Assembly: GCF_964194025.1 (NCBI RefSeq) | Contig: NC_134482.1 | Location: 38,750,001 to 38,814,000 of the forward strand | Direction: 5' to 3' | Length of the DNA stretch: 64,000 nucleotides | Origin: Convolutriloba macropyga | Lineage: Eukaryota | Shown here: one piece after another, positions 25,798 through 40,030 of the stretch | Numbering within the stretch: position 1 is the first letter of the stretch | Layout of the letters: every line of letters starts with the position of its first letter | Translations under genes and position numbers: made by a program | The notes under the pieces: generated by a model | Told to the model about the DNA's origin: nothing | Databases searched by the model: none | Seen by the model: the letters and a program-made list of their open reading frames with translations, nothing else

Positions 25798-28286
25798 TTA
25801 GGAAAGTTTAATGTTTTTGACACAACTAGGGAAATTGTTATAAGCAATTCTATTACGTAGCACAACATGCCCGAAGAGGCAGTTATGGTCAAAACACCGA
25901 TGGATTGAATAGCAATGGTAATCAAAAATGGAGTTGAAATTCAGGAGATCAATGTTGGAAGTTTCAGAAACAAGAAAACTCCGAGACTGTTCAGAGAATT
26001 TTGACGTTTTCAAGTACGAACCAAAGAAATAAAGCTCGTCGGAAATGTTGAGAATCTTTTCAATTTTCAGGAAATTTGGTTCATCAGTTTCGCAATTGTA
26101 GCTTGCAAAAACTGCATCTTGACACCTGAACAATACGCCGCATCTCAGGGCTCTCTTACATTCGTAGATCCATTCTAAATCGAAGCCCAATTGCATTTTG
26201 AAAACTGTTAGAGATTTCTCATGAAAAGCAACAGGAGTCGACACAAATTTTCCTGGTCAAAACTCAAGACCTTTGAGGTCTTTAGGCGAGCTCCAGTAAA
26301 CGTACTGCTGCAGTTGATGGCAATCAAGCATAGTTTTGTAAAGGTTTTTAAAATTACAAACAATATGTGCCAGTCGCTTAAAAAACTGATGTTTGCGTTC
26401 GTATTCCAAAACACATTGATGTATGAAAGGTCCTGATTTTTCTAAGACAGTCGGGTAGTGTAGTAGCCGGTGCTGTTTGAACACTATTGGTTGCTCTGGA
26501 AACAAGGGCTTAAACCATCGCAGGTGAGTAGCTAAAATGAAACTCCTTCAAAACAAAAGATTATAGCCCTATCGAGAGGGTGAGGTTGGGAATCAAAGTT
26601 AACACAGCAAAAATACCTTATGTTATTTTTCTGTCCACCCCCTTTATTGTTATATGCTGCTACAGATCTCACGAAAAAATTTATCTACTTACTAATCTGA
26701 TGGGACATGATAGCGAGATCAGATTCGAGAAACGACGGAGAGAGAAGCAGGTTGACCAATTCAAAATATTGAAGAAGTAATTGCCAATGTTCGTTGACTT
26801 CTGGAATTAGGTCACATATAATCAAGGGGAGAAATCTGAACAAAGTGAAGATCTGATCAGATTTTCCACGTATGCTGTGATCTTTGAGATCGCGAAGTCT
26901 GAATGTCAAAAAAGTGCTATGATTATAAAACTTTTAGTTAACTTATTAAGTCACAAGTTGATCTTACTTAATGATGTCAATTTCAGTAGGTTTACTATCT
27001 TTCTCTCTGGCGTATGCGAACGAGTTTAATCTGTAATTAAGCATGTCACATGAGAAAAATTTCTGAACAACAACTAATTGATGAAGAACCAATTTTACTG
27101 TATGCTGAACACCCCCTTCAAACAGATCGTGTTGTATATCTGTCGTCCAGTTTCTGTAACTACTAAAATAACTGGTTTCCAGATAGCATTTTCCTTTAAC
27201 GCTTTTTGATGGTCTCTGTGTGGATTGCGCTCTTTGTAAATGTCGCTCGAAACTCGAAACTTTACGAATCGGACAACTTGATTCAATGAGGTAATTGCTA
27301 AAGTTTTCAGCGCTAACAAAACATCTTTCGCAGCAAAAACCTTTCGCAAAGTTTTTGACAAAACCCAATGCAGAGTGATATTCTGCATTGTCTGCAACGA
27401 AAGAAAAATATGCACCGAGAACTGATATCGTAGAACCGCCTTTCGTTAAAACATTGAAAGGTCTTTACAGTTTTTTGAGGTCTTCACTTATTTTATCAAG
27501 AACGGGTTTATATCCATATCTGCACAAATCTAAAGTATTGCATAGGGCAACAACATTTACTTGATTTATTTGCGAATTGAGCCAGGGAGGCAAATTTTTC
27601 AAGATCCAATAGAAGCAGGTAACTTTATGAATGGAGTTGCGCGAACCAATTGGATTGCTTGGTTCAAAATCATCAGAGTAGAGCTGCAGACATAGTTTGA
27701 AAGAAAAGGATGTAGTTTCTATCTCAGCAAGGTGCTCGGAATTGCTCGGGGTCCCGTTTTCTTCAAACGTTTTGCACTGTTGCAAATCAACCAGCAAGTT
27801 GCCGTCTGTCATTTTTCTTAGAAAATTATTATAAGCCAAAATTTGCTCAACAATAGCGTCGTCTCTCAACATAACTTTTTTTATTACTTCAGAGATTGGA
27901 ACAAAATAGAAGTTGTGTTTCATTTGTACCTGCTTCGGCCTTCCATCTTTAAACATCGTTTCTTGTCGGCTGCCTAAATAAACTTCTTGAGCTGGAATAT
28001 GCACTTCCTTAGTTGCCAATAACTTTTGAATGTCCCTGACGTTTTTAATAGTTTTTAGACAATTATTATTGAGCAACGATGCAAGGCGTGAATAAATTGT
28101 TGAATCCTCTGGGACAATTTTTGATTCCGAGCTGATAAGTTCCAAAATCAACTTCATTGTTTGACTAAACAGTCCGCCAAAATGTTCAACGAAATCGAAA
28201 GCTTTTGTAATCGTTATTGAGGATGAAGATAGAACTTTGATTAAAACATCATCGCCTACAGAGCCACTTGTAATTTTTTCTAGCAA
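25798..28286 (-). pseudogene. EnSpm/CMC-type transposase, intron-containing and inactivated
   Basis: LYSDDFEPSNPIG..HK..FYW.LKNLPP, ADNAEYHSALGF...CERC, DIQHDLFEG, KQHRLLHYP..GP, EYERKH; in-frame TAA at 27465-27467; gtaag donors near 26964 and 26690. Confidence 0.85.
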
Positions 28287-31099
28287 CTGCAGTTTTACAT
28301 CAGCGTCAGTGCGCTACATCTACGTTGAACACATTATCCATTGAATTTTTAAACTCTTTTTAATTGGCTCTTTTTGTTGGGTGTTTAGTCCATTGAAATC
28401 ACCATTGATTTCACGTATACCTCATTGAAATCACCAGATTCTCTTTTTAAATGACAAAACAAAGAAAAAAATGCACTTTATACCCAACTTTTTCAATTTA
28501 AAGTATTATCTTTGGTTTTAATCACTAAAAAGACCCCAATTTAGCATGAAATTATAATGGATAGATCAGCCGTCTGTTCTAAAAGAAATTAGTACAAAGA
28601 AAAATCTGAATTTTCTATAAAAATTGCTTCATTTCCTCATACATTCATTCACATGAAAAATCGTGTAATTCTCATCGCACGAGGAAAATTTTCTCGTGTG
28701 AAATCACACGAGACGCATTTTTCACACAAAAAATCGTGTGATTTTGCATCACATGAGAAAAAATCGTGTGATTTCACACGAGAAATTTTTAGAGTGGATT
28801 TGCGGTGAATTTGAGTATAAATGTTGTGAGATTTGCTCTCAATACGATGAATGCGGTGACAAAAAATATTTAAACGGTGAATTTAAACGGAGATAAAACA
28901 CAGTACTATGCGTTGAATCACCCTTCGCAGTTTGCAATTTTGAAGCGCATTATTCGCATTATTTTAAAATATGTCTGTTCGATGCGAATTTTTATGTATT
29001 TTTGTGAGTTTGTGTTTTAAAGTGGCTTGAAAGGTTGGGTGGCTTCACTGTCGAGTCAAAACGCAATGAAGCCTTTTTAAAAACTATTAAATACTGCGAG
29101 CATAACATATCTTTGTGTATACAGTATATACAGTAAAAAAAGTATGCAGTAAAGACATAATGATAATTAGGCCATTGAATATAATTTACATCAATTGCGA
29201 TTCGTTGGGTGTATTCTAGCTGTTCATAGAAAAACCACTATTTGATCTTTTGACTTTTGAGGTTCATCAAAAGACAGAGAAAAGTCATCACAGACTAAAC
29301 CATTTATACCCAAACTTATGATGTTTAACCATAGCACCTGAATAACTTAGCGCGTTGTTGTTTAAAAAATAGTTTGTACGCTTGGAAAGGGTAAAATTCA
29401 TAACTCGGCTTGATGGGGGGGGGGGGGGGGAGACAGATTAGATCCAAAGTTGGAACAGAGCACAACCTGGTTAAAGTCCTCCCCTAAAACAAAATTGGGT
29501 CTGGGTCGCGCATAATGGATTCTGACCAAACATATCCAAACTCTATTGGCTGACACTTTGGACCAGGCAGAACAGACCCCAGCCAGCTAGGCCAGACGGA
29601 GCAGAACCAGGCTAAACCGTATGACAGATTGAAAGAATTTTGGTAACCCTGGTCCAGACCAACTTAAACATACAAAAACATTAGAATTACAAATTATGCG
29701 TATTAAAGTTTGAGCCTAAAAATCAGCTTCAGCTGTTTAGACTGTTTTTATCAAGAAAAATTTTCAAATACAAGAACAAGGTAGTTTTAGTAATCAAGTT
29801 TTGGTGTAGGGTTATTTGATGAATTAATACCGTCTTGGGCTCGACTTTTGTAATTTGATCAACTCGAATAGTTTATTTGGACTCTGATCAGAGCAATACG
29901 AAAATAGAAAAAAGATACAAAAAAACGGGTATGGGCCAGAAAAAAAAAACAGACCAAAATATCGACAAGGGCCAGAATTATCAGAATGAAGTTTGGGTTT
30001 GGAGGAGACCAACCAGATCTACATTAGATATGCGCCAGAATGAAGAGACTGAAAGTTGGTATGGACCAGGCAGAAACTTATCAATTCACTTAGCGGCGCG
30101 ACCGACATTTTGTCCAGATTCTGAACTCGATCGTACAGTATGCCCCCTGTCTGCGACCCCATTCCCTCTGGCCACTACCTGTCTTGGGCAAATAGTGGGC
30201 TTGAAAAATTGAGAACTCAAAAAATTTCCGAGTAATTGTTTTATGTTCCGACTTGCTGCAACTGATATTTTCGAGGGAAACAGTTACACTTGGAAGAATC
30301 TTAAGAAAAATATAAATTGACGTTACTTGTTGTAAAAATGCTTGTAATATACAATGATTTTATTTAAAATACCCTCATTGTGAAATCGAATTTTTTTAAA
30401 ACTACGCCTCAAAACTGAAGCTGAACTACCAGTCTTAAACAAAAAAAAAAACGTTTATATCGTTTGCACTATTGCAGTGCAGTTTTTTTAGAAGAATTCC
30501 GTCAGTTTCAATACAATGTCTGCTCAACTTCTCCCACAAAAGTACCAGCCCGGACTGAACTTCAAGTCTTAATCACCACTGAGTCAGTCAAACTGAAAGT
30601 TTTCAACCATCACTATATCAGAACTCTGATAAATATCACTTTCGAACGTGATACGTCTCGATTGAAGCCCTGAATTGTAAAAATTCGTGAGGCAAGTTTT
30701 GTCCGAGACTTGGCAAATATTGTATTAATTCCTAGCCAGGACTTCAAAGACTCTGAAACCGTCCAGATAACGCTTAAAATGCAAGCTAATTGCGGAAATT
30801 AGATCGGAAAAATTTGACAAAACAGTTCGAGAAAACGTTGAGAAAAATGGTCAAAAGTAACTTTGTCCACCATCTGTTTTCTTCAACTGACATTAAGAAC
30901 ATTTTTATACCCCTGAATCGGCCGCAAGAGATCAAAAACTGCAAAAAAATACTGGTGAACGTCCTTCTTCAAATTTTGGACGTGTGTAATCATCGTAATC
31001 AAAAAATAAACGCATGAGAATTGATTTTTTTTTCACTTTTTACTCAAACGAAGTCCAATTAATATTTCGAAGTCCCTTATAGTGTGCACAATTGATACT

Positions 31100-32700
31100 G
31101 AGTTGAGAGTATTTAAAAAAGACATCAAAACCACAAGTAAAGCAAAGAAGAATCGAAACATCCAAAAATAAATGGCATCGACAGGCATTAGGATTAATTT
31201 TGGTTTTTGTTTTTGACCCAAAGAAGACATATTGTGCTTCCTAAGACAACTATGCAATGCATGGTTAATTTCTGGGTCAAAAAACATTCAAGGGACACAC
31301 AATAAAATCTAGGAGTGCAAACACAAATAGAGGCATCGTATTCATAACATAAAGACATCAGCATCATTTTTTTCTAAAGCAAAAGATTAAACTTACCCTC
31401 TGAAGGCTGGCAAAGTGTTCATGATCAGTTATTTTTTGTTTCGAAAAGCACAAAGACGAAAACTACAAACTAAATAGCGAAATTTCCAGGCATCGTATTC
31501 AAAATGGAAACTCATTCGGACAAATTTCTATTTTTGTGTTAATAAAAAAACCATATCTTTATTGAAGGACTCTAAAGTAGACTTAATTGTTTTTTGGGCC
31601 AAAGCAAGACAAAAGACCGAAGTGAAAGCGAACACCACAAGTAATGTAAGGAAAATTTGCGTCATCTTATTAAAAATAAAAAAGCATCAAAATTATTTTG
31701 TTTCCTTTTTTGACATAACAGCAAAAAAGCTAATCTTTTTACGCCAAAAAAGTACTCAAGATCATCTTTTGCGTTTGAAAAAAGTGAAAAAAATAAGAGA
31801 ACCATAAAGAATGCAAAAAAAATTGAGGCATTGTATTCAAATTAGAAAGGCATCAAGGTCAATTTAATTGTGTTCTTGACAAAAACAATACAGATTGTAT
31901 TTTCCAAGGCCACAAAAGTACGACTGATTAATTTTTGGATAAAAACAACAACAAGAAGCAAACTTGAAAAACAAGACAGCAACAAAAAACAGAGTAATCG
32001 TTTTCAAAATAAAAAACATCAAAATTGCGTTTCTTACAGTCAGCTTTGAGGACGCGAAATTTTTTTCACAAAAAGTCAAATGAAACACAAGAAACACGAG
32101 AAAAGCATAGAAAAACAGAGGCGACGTATTTTGCTGTTTTTGTTTTTGAAGCAAGGACGACATAGTGAGCTGTTTAAGGCATGTAAAATTGGCATGACAT
32201 TTTTCTAGAACAAACCACTAATAATCGAAAAACCAAAGTGAGAACCAATACAATTAGATGCATTCTAATCAAAAATTGATAGCAACAAAATTATTTTTTT
32301 TAGTCTCAGCCTGAAGAAAGAAGAATTGAGTTTTTTAGGGCCAGTAGAGTATGTAAGAACAGTTTTTGTGTTTAAAAAACTAAACGAAGCAATAAAACAA
32401 CAAAATTTATAGGCATGGTATTTAGATTATAAACGCATCAGGATTATTTTTTTTTATCGTTTTTGACCAAAACAATTTTTCTCAAATTTTTTTAAAATGT
32501 TTTTGTCCCATTTTTGGCTAAAATTTAAAAGATCAAATCACTCACAAAGAATACAAAGAAAGATTGAGACAATCGAGCATTTTAAATAAAAGGCTAAGGT
32601 ATGGATAAAGTTTTTAGCTTAAAACGCAAAAAAGAAATCAAAAGAAAACCCATAATTTTAAAAAAGCAGAGAACGCTTTCCCAGTCAATATATCCAGAGA
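31100..32700. repeat. Old degenerate satellite-like region
   Basis: aggcat(c/t/g)gtattca-like motif recurs near 31330, 31488, 31826, 32119, 32411 in A-rich sequence; limits approximate. Confidence 0.35.
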
Positions 32701-32747
32701 AAACAGCCATTGACCCATTTTTGTTCAAAAATGCAAAAATGCGGTCC

Positions 32748-34060
32748 AAATCAGCTCTATTGGTTGCCAAAGTTCTCATAAAACCTCAGGAGAAAGGTAG
32801 TGAAATTCTGAAACATGAAGGCGCGTTGTGATTTTTTTCTGGTCTACTCAAAATTTTTTTTCAGAATTTTTAAGTCTTGAAAAGTCTTTACCCAGAGATT
32901 TGAAAATCTCTATACAGGTCTTGAGATTTGCAAACTAATCAGTCTACTCTTCGAGATTTTCATCTTCGTTATTTTAGGAGTTATCAACAGTTTTAACCCT
33001 TCAGAGCCAGAAACACCTCAAGGCGTAAAATAAATCCAAATAGGTTTTTGTTCATTTTTCACTGCTTTCTAAATGCTGCTTAAACTTAAAAGGTTTTATT
33101 ATTTTTTGAGCAATTGGGAGTTTGACTACACAAATGTTAACTTTTCTTTCAAAAATTGTATGGTCTACTGCCAAAAATTTTTTCTGAAAAAATTTGTAGA
33201 AATTTCCCCCACACTCAAATATACGTTCCCATGGATAACATTAATAATAAAATGATAATAATTAATTAAGTACAAAATCAGCAATTTCAAAAAGCGATCT
33301 AAACCAGCTCTAATGTCGCCAAAGTTCTCATGAAACTTTTGGAACAGGTAGTGAAAATCTGAAAGATGAAGGCACGTTTTTTTTCTGATCTACTCAAAGT
33401 TTTAACAGAGAATTTTTTGAGGCTTGAAAAGTCTTCGCCTAGAGATTTGAATATCTCTATACAGGTCTTGAGACTTGTAAACTCATCAGCACTGATTTAT
33501 TATCCCAATGTCGTTGTTTCCAAGAGAAAAGTTCTGATCAAGACTTGAAACTCATTCATTCCTGGAATTTGGATTAATATTTTTTGACGGGAGAGACAAA
33601 AAATTATCCGGCAGAATGTTTTTTTTCATAAGTGCCCTAGGGTCTTTGTTGAACACTCAAGCTACCTTGTACATATCAATTGAAACTTGATTTTCAGCCC
33701 GTTCACCACAACGTTTCCATTATCTATCGAGGCTTACTTTTTAATCTTCGAGATTTCTGTAATTATCAACATTTTCAACCCTCCAGAGCCAGAAACACAA
33801 CAAGGCCAGACAAAATAAATCCAAATACGTTTTTGTTCATTTTTAACTGCTTTTTAAGTGCTGCTTAAAGTTAAACGGTTCTATTTTGTTTAAGCAATTG
33901 GACGTTTGACTACAGAAAAATATTTTTTTTTCTGCATAAATTTGTAGAAATTTTCCCCTCACTCCACAGTGTGCAAATATTAATAATCTTTTCAAATATA
34001 AATACTAATGGATAACATAATTAATAAATTTATAATTACTGATTAAGCACAAAATCAGCG
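32748..34060. repeat. Diverged tandem duplication (~32748-33290 vs ~33301-34060; second copy has an extra ~230 bp)
   Basis: Both start cagctcta..gccaaagttctcat..ggtagtgaaa.tctgaaa and end attaag.acaaaatcagc. Confidence 0.7.
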
Positions 34061-37000
34061 AAGTTAAAGTGTCAGATTGGTGGCTATGTGAGACGTTGAT
34101 GATTAATCCGCGCTTTATAATTGATTTAATTGCTCATTTTACATTTTTTTTATATCTCACTAACACTAAAAACTGAACAGATTTAATTGTCGCTGTAAAA
34201 AATTAACGTTTATTACAACCGGACTTATTACAATATGTCACTATAAAATAAAAATCAGTCTTTAAAGTATTATTCATACATTGGTAATTTTTTTATTCAT
34301 GAAGGATATGACTGTAAATGTGATTTAACTAAACTAGTCAGTCATTCACCAGTACAGGCGGCTACCGTTAAAAATAGCAAAGCTTTCAGACAACGCTGGC
34401 TTAGATATCATATTCTAAGTGACCTTTGTGAATTGAGCATAGAAACTTAAAATAAGGGGGGCTTTGATCGACTTTTATGCTGTTTATCAGCGCATAAGAA
34501 ATCTGAGGTTTGATTAGCATCTTTTGAAGATTTTAACATTCATTTCAAGCGAGTCTTAAGTATTACAAATAATATCTTTATTTCTTTATATTTCGTTGTC
34601 CAAATATGAAATATAACAAACACGATACAAACACATTTTGTATATAGGTGAAATTTTGGTTCGTGGGTGATATCTTTGATTTGTTAAGCAGAAGTTATTT
34701 GATTAATTATTCTCTTTATTTTATTTTGATCTTGAAGCCTTTAAATATTTTCACATCCGCAATTGAAATTTGCATGTCAATACAGCTCACTTCAAACTAA
34801 AAACAGAATAAACAAAAAATGATATATTACGTAACGGTTGAAAACAACGGAAAGTAAATAAATTTATCTTAACATTTCATGACTGACTAAATAACAAATT
34901 TTACGCTTTTGGTCAATTTGTTCTTCAAAAGCCTAAATGTCGATTACCACATGTTTACAAAAGATTGTTTTGTTTATTCTTTTTAAGCAGAAGTAAACAC
35001 ATTGTTCAGTCCAGCAAACAAATGCTCGTTCAAATAAAACTATTAAACTGTTATCGCAATAACAAGGCATTTTATTGGAAGCCTGAATGTTTTATTATTT
35101 ATCATCAGTTTTTTTGATGTTATCAGGGTACGAAACAGTTGTTATGCAGGCAGAAACTACTAAATTTAAAAACGAACTGCTGAAAATTTGCAATTTTTAG
35201 AAAAATTAATATGAATTCCAAAAAGAATATGCAAAGAACCATAAACGCAGAATGAATTGTCACTTATTATTATAGCTATTATGAATAGCATAAAACAATA
35301 GATAGATAAAAATTGCAACATATAGTAAAAAAGTTGTTATTGTTACCCTTCTATTTTACGAATAACAGATATTAAAATTGCATCAAAGTTTAGTTGGAGC
35401 CTACCTTTCAGTTTTCAGTTTATTAATTATCTTGATCGAAAATTTGTTCTTACTTGGACTATTATTTTCTAGCTGATATTCCAACCGGATTCTTGCTACA
35501 AATCAGGTTAGCCAGAAACCGTCTTTAACCTATTCAAATTCCAAAAATGCGCCCAAATCAAATATTTTGGTAATTTTGGTTAATCGAGTATTTAATTTGA
35601 ACGGCTAATTTTTCCCAGCGTTGAGGTTTGATTTACTGTATCAGCAAATGATGAAATTGTTGATACAAATAATAAAAAATCAACCTATGAAGTCGGTTTT
35701 TCAATCAGCAAATTTGTGGATCTAGTATGAGTCATTAATCTCTGGCAAAAAGCAGTAAGCATCTTGCTCACATCTTCCATGAAATTTGCATAACCTTGGT
35801 ACCCTTATTGAGTAAACTGTTAAAATGGTTCGTTGACAGTAATATTGGGCGTGTTAGAACTAGAATAAAGACGTGAGTTTTTCGTTTCTTTTCACAAAAT
35901 TTATTGAACCTGTTTCTTGTATAAAACTAACTTTTTAGTGTTTACTTGCTTAAAATTGTTTTAGTTCTTTTCCTCCACTTCAAAATTATTTCTATTCGGG
36001 AACGAACTTGTCAGGAGTGAAGATTTTAACTAATCTTCTCTTAAGCACAATTGAATAACATAGCATATATACTACTTTGGCGAACATTTGACACAATTTT
36101 TACCAAACGTTTTTATACAAACGAACAAAAAAAACTTTTATTCAATCAAATACTGGACATCAATTACTGCCTGCAACAAATTTCAAGTCCTGATCAGTAA
36201 TTCTCCAGTGAAATACACGTCTTAAATTGACAAACCAGTACTGATCACGTTTAGTTTTAAGTATTACTACTTGTGAAAAGTTGTCGGGGACTCGACTCAA
36301 TAATTGTGAAATCTAACTCAAGTCCTGGTGAAGACATGAAAAGTCCTGAGTCATTTATTCAACAAGATTTGGACAGTTTTATGTCAATATTTGACAAGGA
36401 CTTGACAAGTCGTCATCAGTGCGCAGTTGAAAGGCAAAAGTAGATTTTGAAAAGTCAATATTTTCATTTAACTTATTTCAAAATTAGCTAAAATTCGTTC
36501 AGTTTCCTTGGGAAAAATTTGCTAATTGAACCAAAATTTTTGTGAATTGAGCATCTATCTGAAAAAATTCCCATAAATTTGTTGAGGAAATACAATTGCA
36601 GAAAAGAGTGGCCATGACTGGTATATTTGGGCGATATCAGAACTTTTTTCCTTCTCTACCACGTGAACATTCTAGAAGTGCAATTCGCTTTTTGTTGCGA
36701 CTCTGTTTTCACTTTGGATGCTTTTGGAGGTACGCCATTGTCATTGGCAGCTTCTTTGTTGGATGCGAAATGAACGAAAACCAACATTAAACGCTGTGTT
36801 AAATACCTGACTCAAAACTCGTCAAGACTCAGCCAAGACTTGGTTCAAGACTTGCAAAAACTGAAAAGCGACATGATCATTTTACTGATACTGTACTGAT
36901 CCATAATTTTCAGTTTCAATAAAACAGTGCTGAATAAAGTTTGGCGTTCAGTCACGGTGAATTTTAAAACATTCAAAGTTCTAAAAGTGAACTGGAAGAC

Positions 37001-38330
37001 AGATCCGACTATCAAGGTATGCAAAGTTTTTGCATTGTTTTCGTGAAACAAGTGAGACACATTTTAGTGCAATTCTGACCTATAATTTTTTATCCTGAGT
37101 TTAAGATTGACGAATTCTGATTTGCAAGGCGTCTGACTGTGTGATTATTATTTGCATGCCTCTGTATCAGTGAACTATTATCATATACTAAAGACAAGGA
37201 TAAACGGTAAACTGCGTTGCCACTTGATTTTCCAATCCTTCAGTGATAAACATTATATATGATATTGTCTTTAAAATTTGGCTTCGCCCACCTTGTTAAT
37301 TTCAGTTATATTTAAAATATCAAATCCTACGTCCTGGGTTTTTTTTATTTGTAACTGTATACTAACTTACAGGTAGACTGTTTTAAGAAGTGATTGTAAT
37401 CTCCTATTAATGAAAAATGTCGATAACTTTTATTTTCAAATAAATTAAAATCAATCGTGAACTTTTCGTTGCCGATTATTTCATCATATGACGTTTTCTC
37501 TAAGTAAACGCAGAAAAAAAATACAGCTGAAAAATATAGTTGTGTCAATTGTTTAATCAAAAAATTTTTTAACCAAAAAGGCTTCAAAAAAGCAAGAAAA
37601 TCAAATTCAGTTTAAAAAATTTGAATTTAATTTGTCCTTATTAACATAAACGTATTCTGATTGAAACTATTTTCCATCAATTTAAGGTAAAAGTGGAATC
37701 AAAATTCAGAATTACGGAAGAACAAAAACAGTACAGGGAAGTCAATAAATTGTGGTCAAAAAGTAGAAAAGCTGCAGAAGCGGTTAAGCAATCCAAATTG
37801 ATGTCTCATTAAGTACAACAACGTAGCAAGACTCGTTCTAATAAACGATCCAAAAAATTGAATCAGAAGTCTGGCCTTACTAGCGTATCTATTGATTTTT
37901 TGAACGTGACGGAACAAAGAGGTAGGAAAATATTTTTTAAATAAGGAGAACAAAATAAAAGCAGGCGAATCAACAGATGTCCGAATTTTTTTTGATGAAT
38001 ACAAACAAATTGCAGGGTTGTTCAGCTTTCATGTCTTCGGAACCAATATTATGTTGCCGATATTTAATCAAGAACGCATAGGTGAGCTCTCAATTGTATT
38101 AAAAAACAAGTTTTCCAAAAATTAACTACCTAAAAATTAATAATGCTAAAATTTTTAAGATAAAAGGTTTCAAATGCAATGTATGCTGCTGAAGTCTACC
38201 AGCCCTATAAAAAGAAGGTTTAAATCAAAATTAAAACTTCAATACTTTTTTTGTCTCTTATATTGGCATCACAAATACGCCCAAAAAACGGACATACAAA
38301 CAAGATGTGTATGAACTGCAACGAGCGTTT

Positions 38331-38509
38331 GGATCTTTTCCGTTTGTGCCCTCCCAGTACGTTATGCTCTCCCTAGTTACAGAGCACGTGTCATTACATA
38401 GTAAATCATTATGAAAAAATATGGCACGTGCTCCCGGCGGATACAAATAATGTACACCCACTAAGCTATGAGTGTGGAGGGGGGGGGGGGCTCAAACGGA
38501 AAAAATCCG
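38331..38509. mobile_element. ~160-180-bp MITE family B (relatives near 23115-23245, 38975-39110, 40179-40330, 50275-50432, 56975-57131)
   Basis: TIR ggatcttttccgtttgtgccc / gggctcaaacggaaaaaatcc, paired internal gcacgtg motifs shared by the copies. Confidence 0.7.
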
Positions 38510-39196
38510 TGGGCATATTTAAGAGAAAAAAATAAAAAACTACAATAAAAATCGCATCAAAAATCGGACAACGTTAATTTTTATCTCAAAAAAATCGAGT
38601 AGTGGCTTTTCACTTTTGGTTTAGGCCTCCTCAGCGAAATGAGCACGTGGTCAAGATGATGACAACGACTTTAAAAAACAAATAAAAATTTAATTTTACA
38701 TTGGACATACAACGTATGAGAAGCTCATGTAAGTGAGATTGATTACGATTCTCCAAGAGCTGAGTGGGTTGAAGGGTAGCAAAAGAGAAAACTTGTGAAA
38801 ATTTAGAGCCTCATTTTTTTTAAAGAAACAAGAGCAATTTTGGAAAAACGAATCAGATTTCAACAGCTTTCAATTTCCAGCCAAAATTGGCTGAAAAAAT
38901 GTATACCTGGCTTTAAATTTTTCTAACCCTCCTCTCATTGGTTGATGGAAGAAAAAGTGTTGATGCAAATTTTGGGATCTTTTACGTTTGCAGCCCTCGC
39001 CCCGCAGTACGATATGCTCTCCAAAATCATCATGTAATACTATGGCACGTGGATCTGGGGGGTGCAAATAATATGCGCCCAATAAAGGGGAGTGGGCACA
39101 AAAGGAAATGCTTCAAATTGTTTTTCTCCTGAACTCCTTAAATCTGACATCATTCCAGATGGCGATTTCATTTAAAATCTTTCTTTCCATTGCCAT

Positions 39197-40030
39197 CCCG
39201 GGTTGACCAAACTTACTTACCATAAAACAGACCATATATGGTCTATAAAATTCCATACAAATTTCCGTTTTATGATCTTGCTATGGTAACTAAGTTTCCA
39301 TATATGGTCCGTTTTATGGAAAATAATTTTTCCGAGGAGAGCATTCTTTTTGGCTCCCATGGCAGTAAAAGAATGAAACAGTGCATGCTGCCATATATGA
39401 CTCGTTTTATGGTTTGTAAGTTTCCATATATGTTGGTTTTATGTTTAGTAAGTTTCCATATATGGTCCGTTTTATGGTTAATATGTTTCCATATATGGGT
39501 CGTTTTATGGTCAGTAAGTTTACATATATGGTCCGTTTTATGGTTAATAAGTTTCCATACATGGTCTGTTTAATGGTTGAAAAGTTTGTTGAAGAGACAA
39601 AAATTAAATGTAGCTAACTTTTTTCGGAAAAATCTCAAAGTCAAGTTAGTACGGTACCAAAAAAAAGGATTTTTTCTTTTTTGACGTTTAATGAATCTAA
39701 AACTGGGCTTTCGAATTCCTTCGAAAAACAACCCTTACAAAATCGGCCTTTTATTAATTAAGATTTTTTTATGGACAATTTGTAACCATAAAACGGTCCT
39801 TGAAATATTTTTATGGCGTTTTATGATAAGTACGGTACCATAAAATTAAAGTACAGAATTTTGAAATATTAAGCACAGAAACGTTGTTTTGGAACAGCAT
39901 GTGGACCTTTGGACTTTTTCTCAGCCAAACTCAAAAATTTTTATGGTCGTTGTATGTTTAGTAAGTTTCCATAAAATCCATATAAGGCGTTTTATGATTA
40001 GTAAGTTTCTTTTATGGTGGTCAACCCGGG
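39197..40030. mobile_element. Non-autonomous DNA transposon family C
   Basis: 13-bp TIR CCCGGGTTGACCA/TGGTCAACCCGGG, 2-bp TSD AT, internal ~33-bp repeats aagtttccatatatggtccgttttatgg. Confidence 0.9.

Larger units (their letters stand above)
24388..28796 (-). mobile_element. CACTA/EnSpm (CMC)-type DNA transposon
   Basis: TIR CACTCTAAAA(A)TTTCTCG.GTGA.ATCACA at both ends, CACACGA subterminal repeats, internal transposase remnants. Confidence 0.85.

Noticed and set aside
9327-27467. In-frame stops as evidence of an alternative genetic code
   Set aside because: All three stop types occur, only in decayed elements or pseudogenes, and the intact genes end normally in TAA/TAG
29400-30212. GC-richer segment with a G-run, ccagac/gaccaaa motifs and a 111-aa ORF (similar texture at 10600-10890)
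   Set aside because: Likely a decayed repeat; ends and coding potential could not be defined
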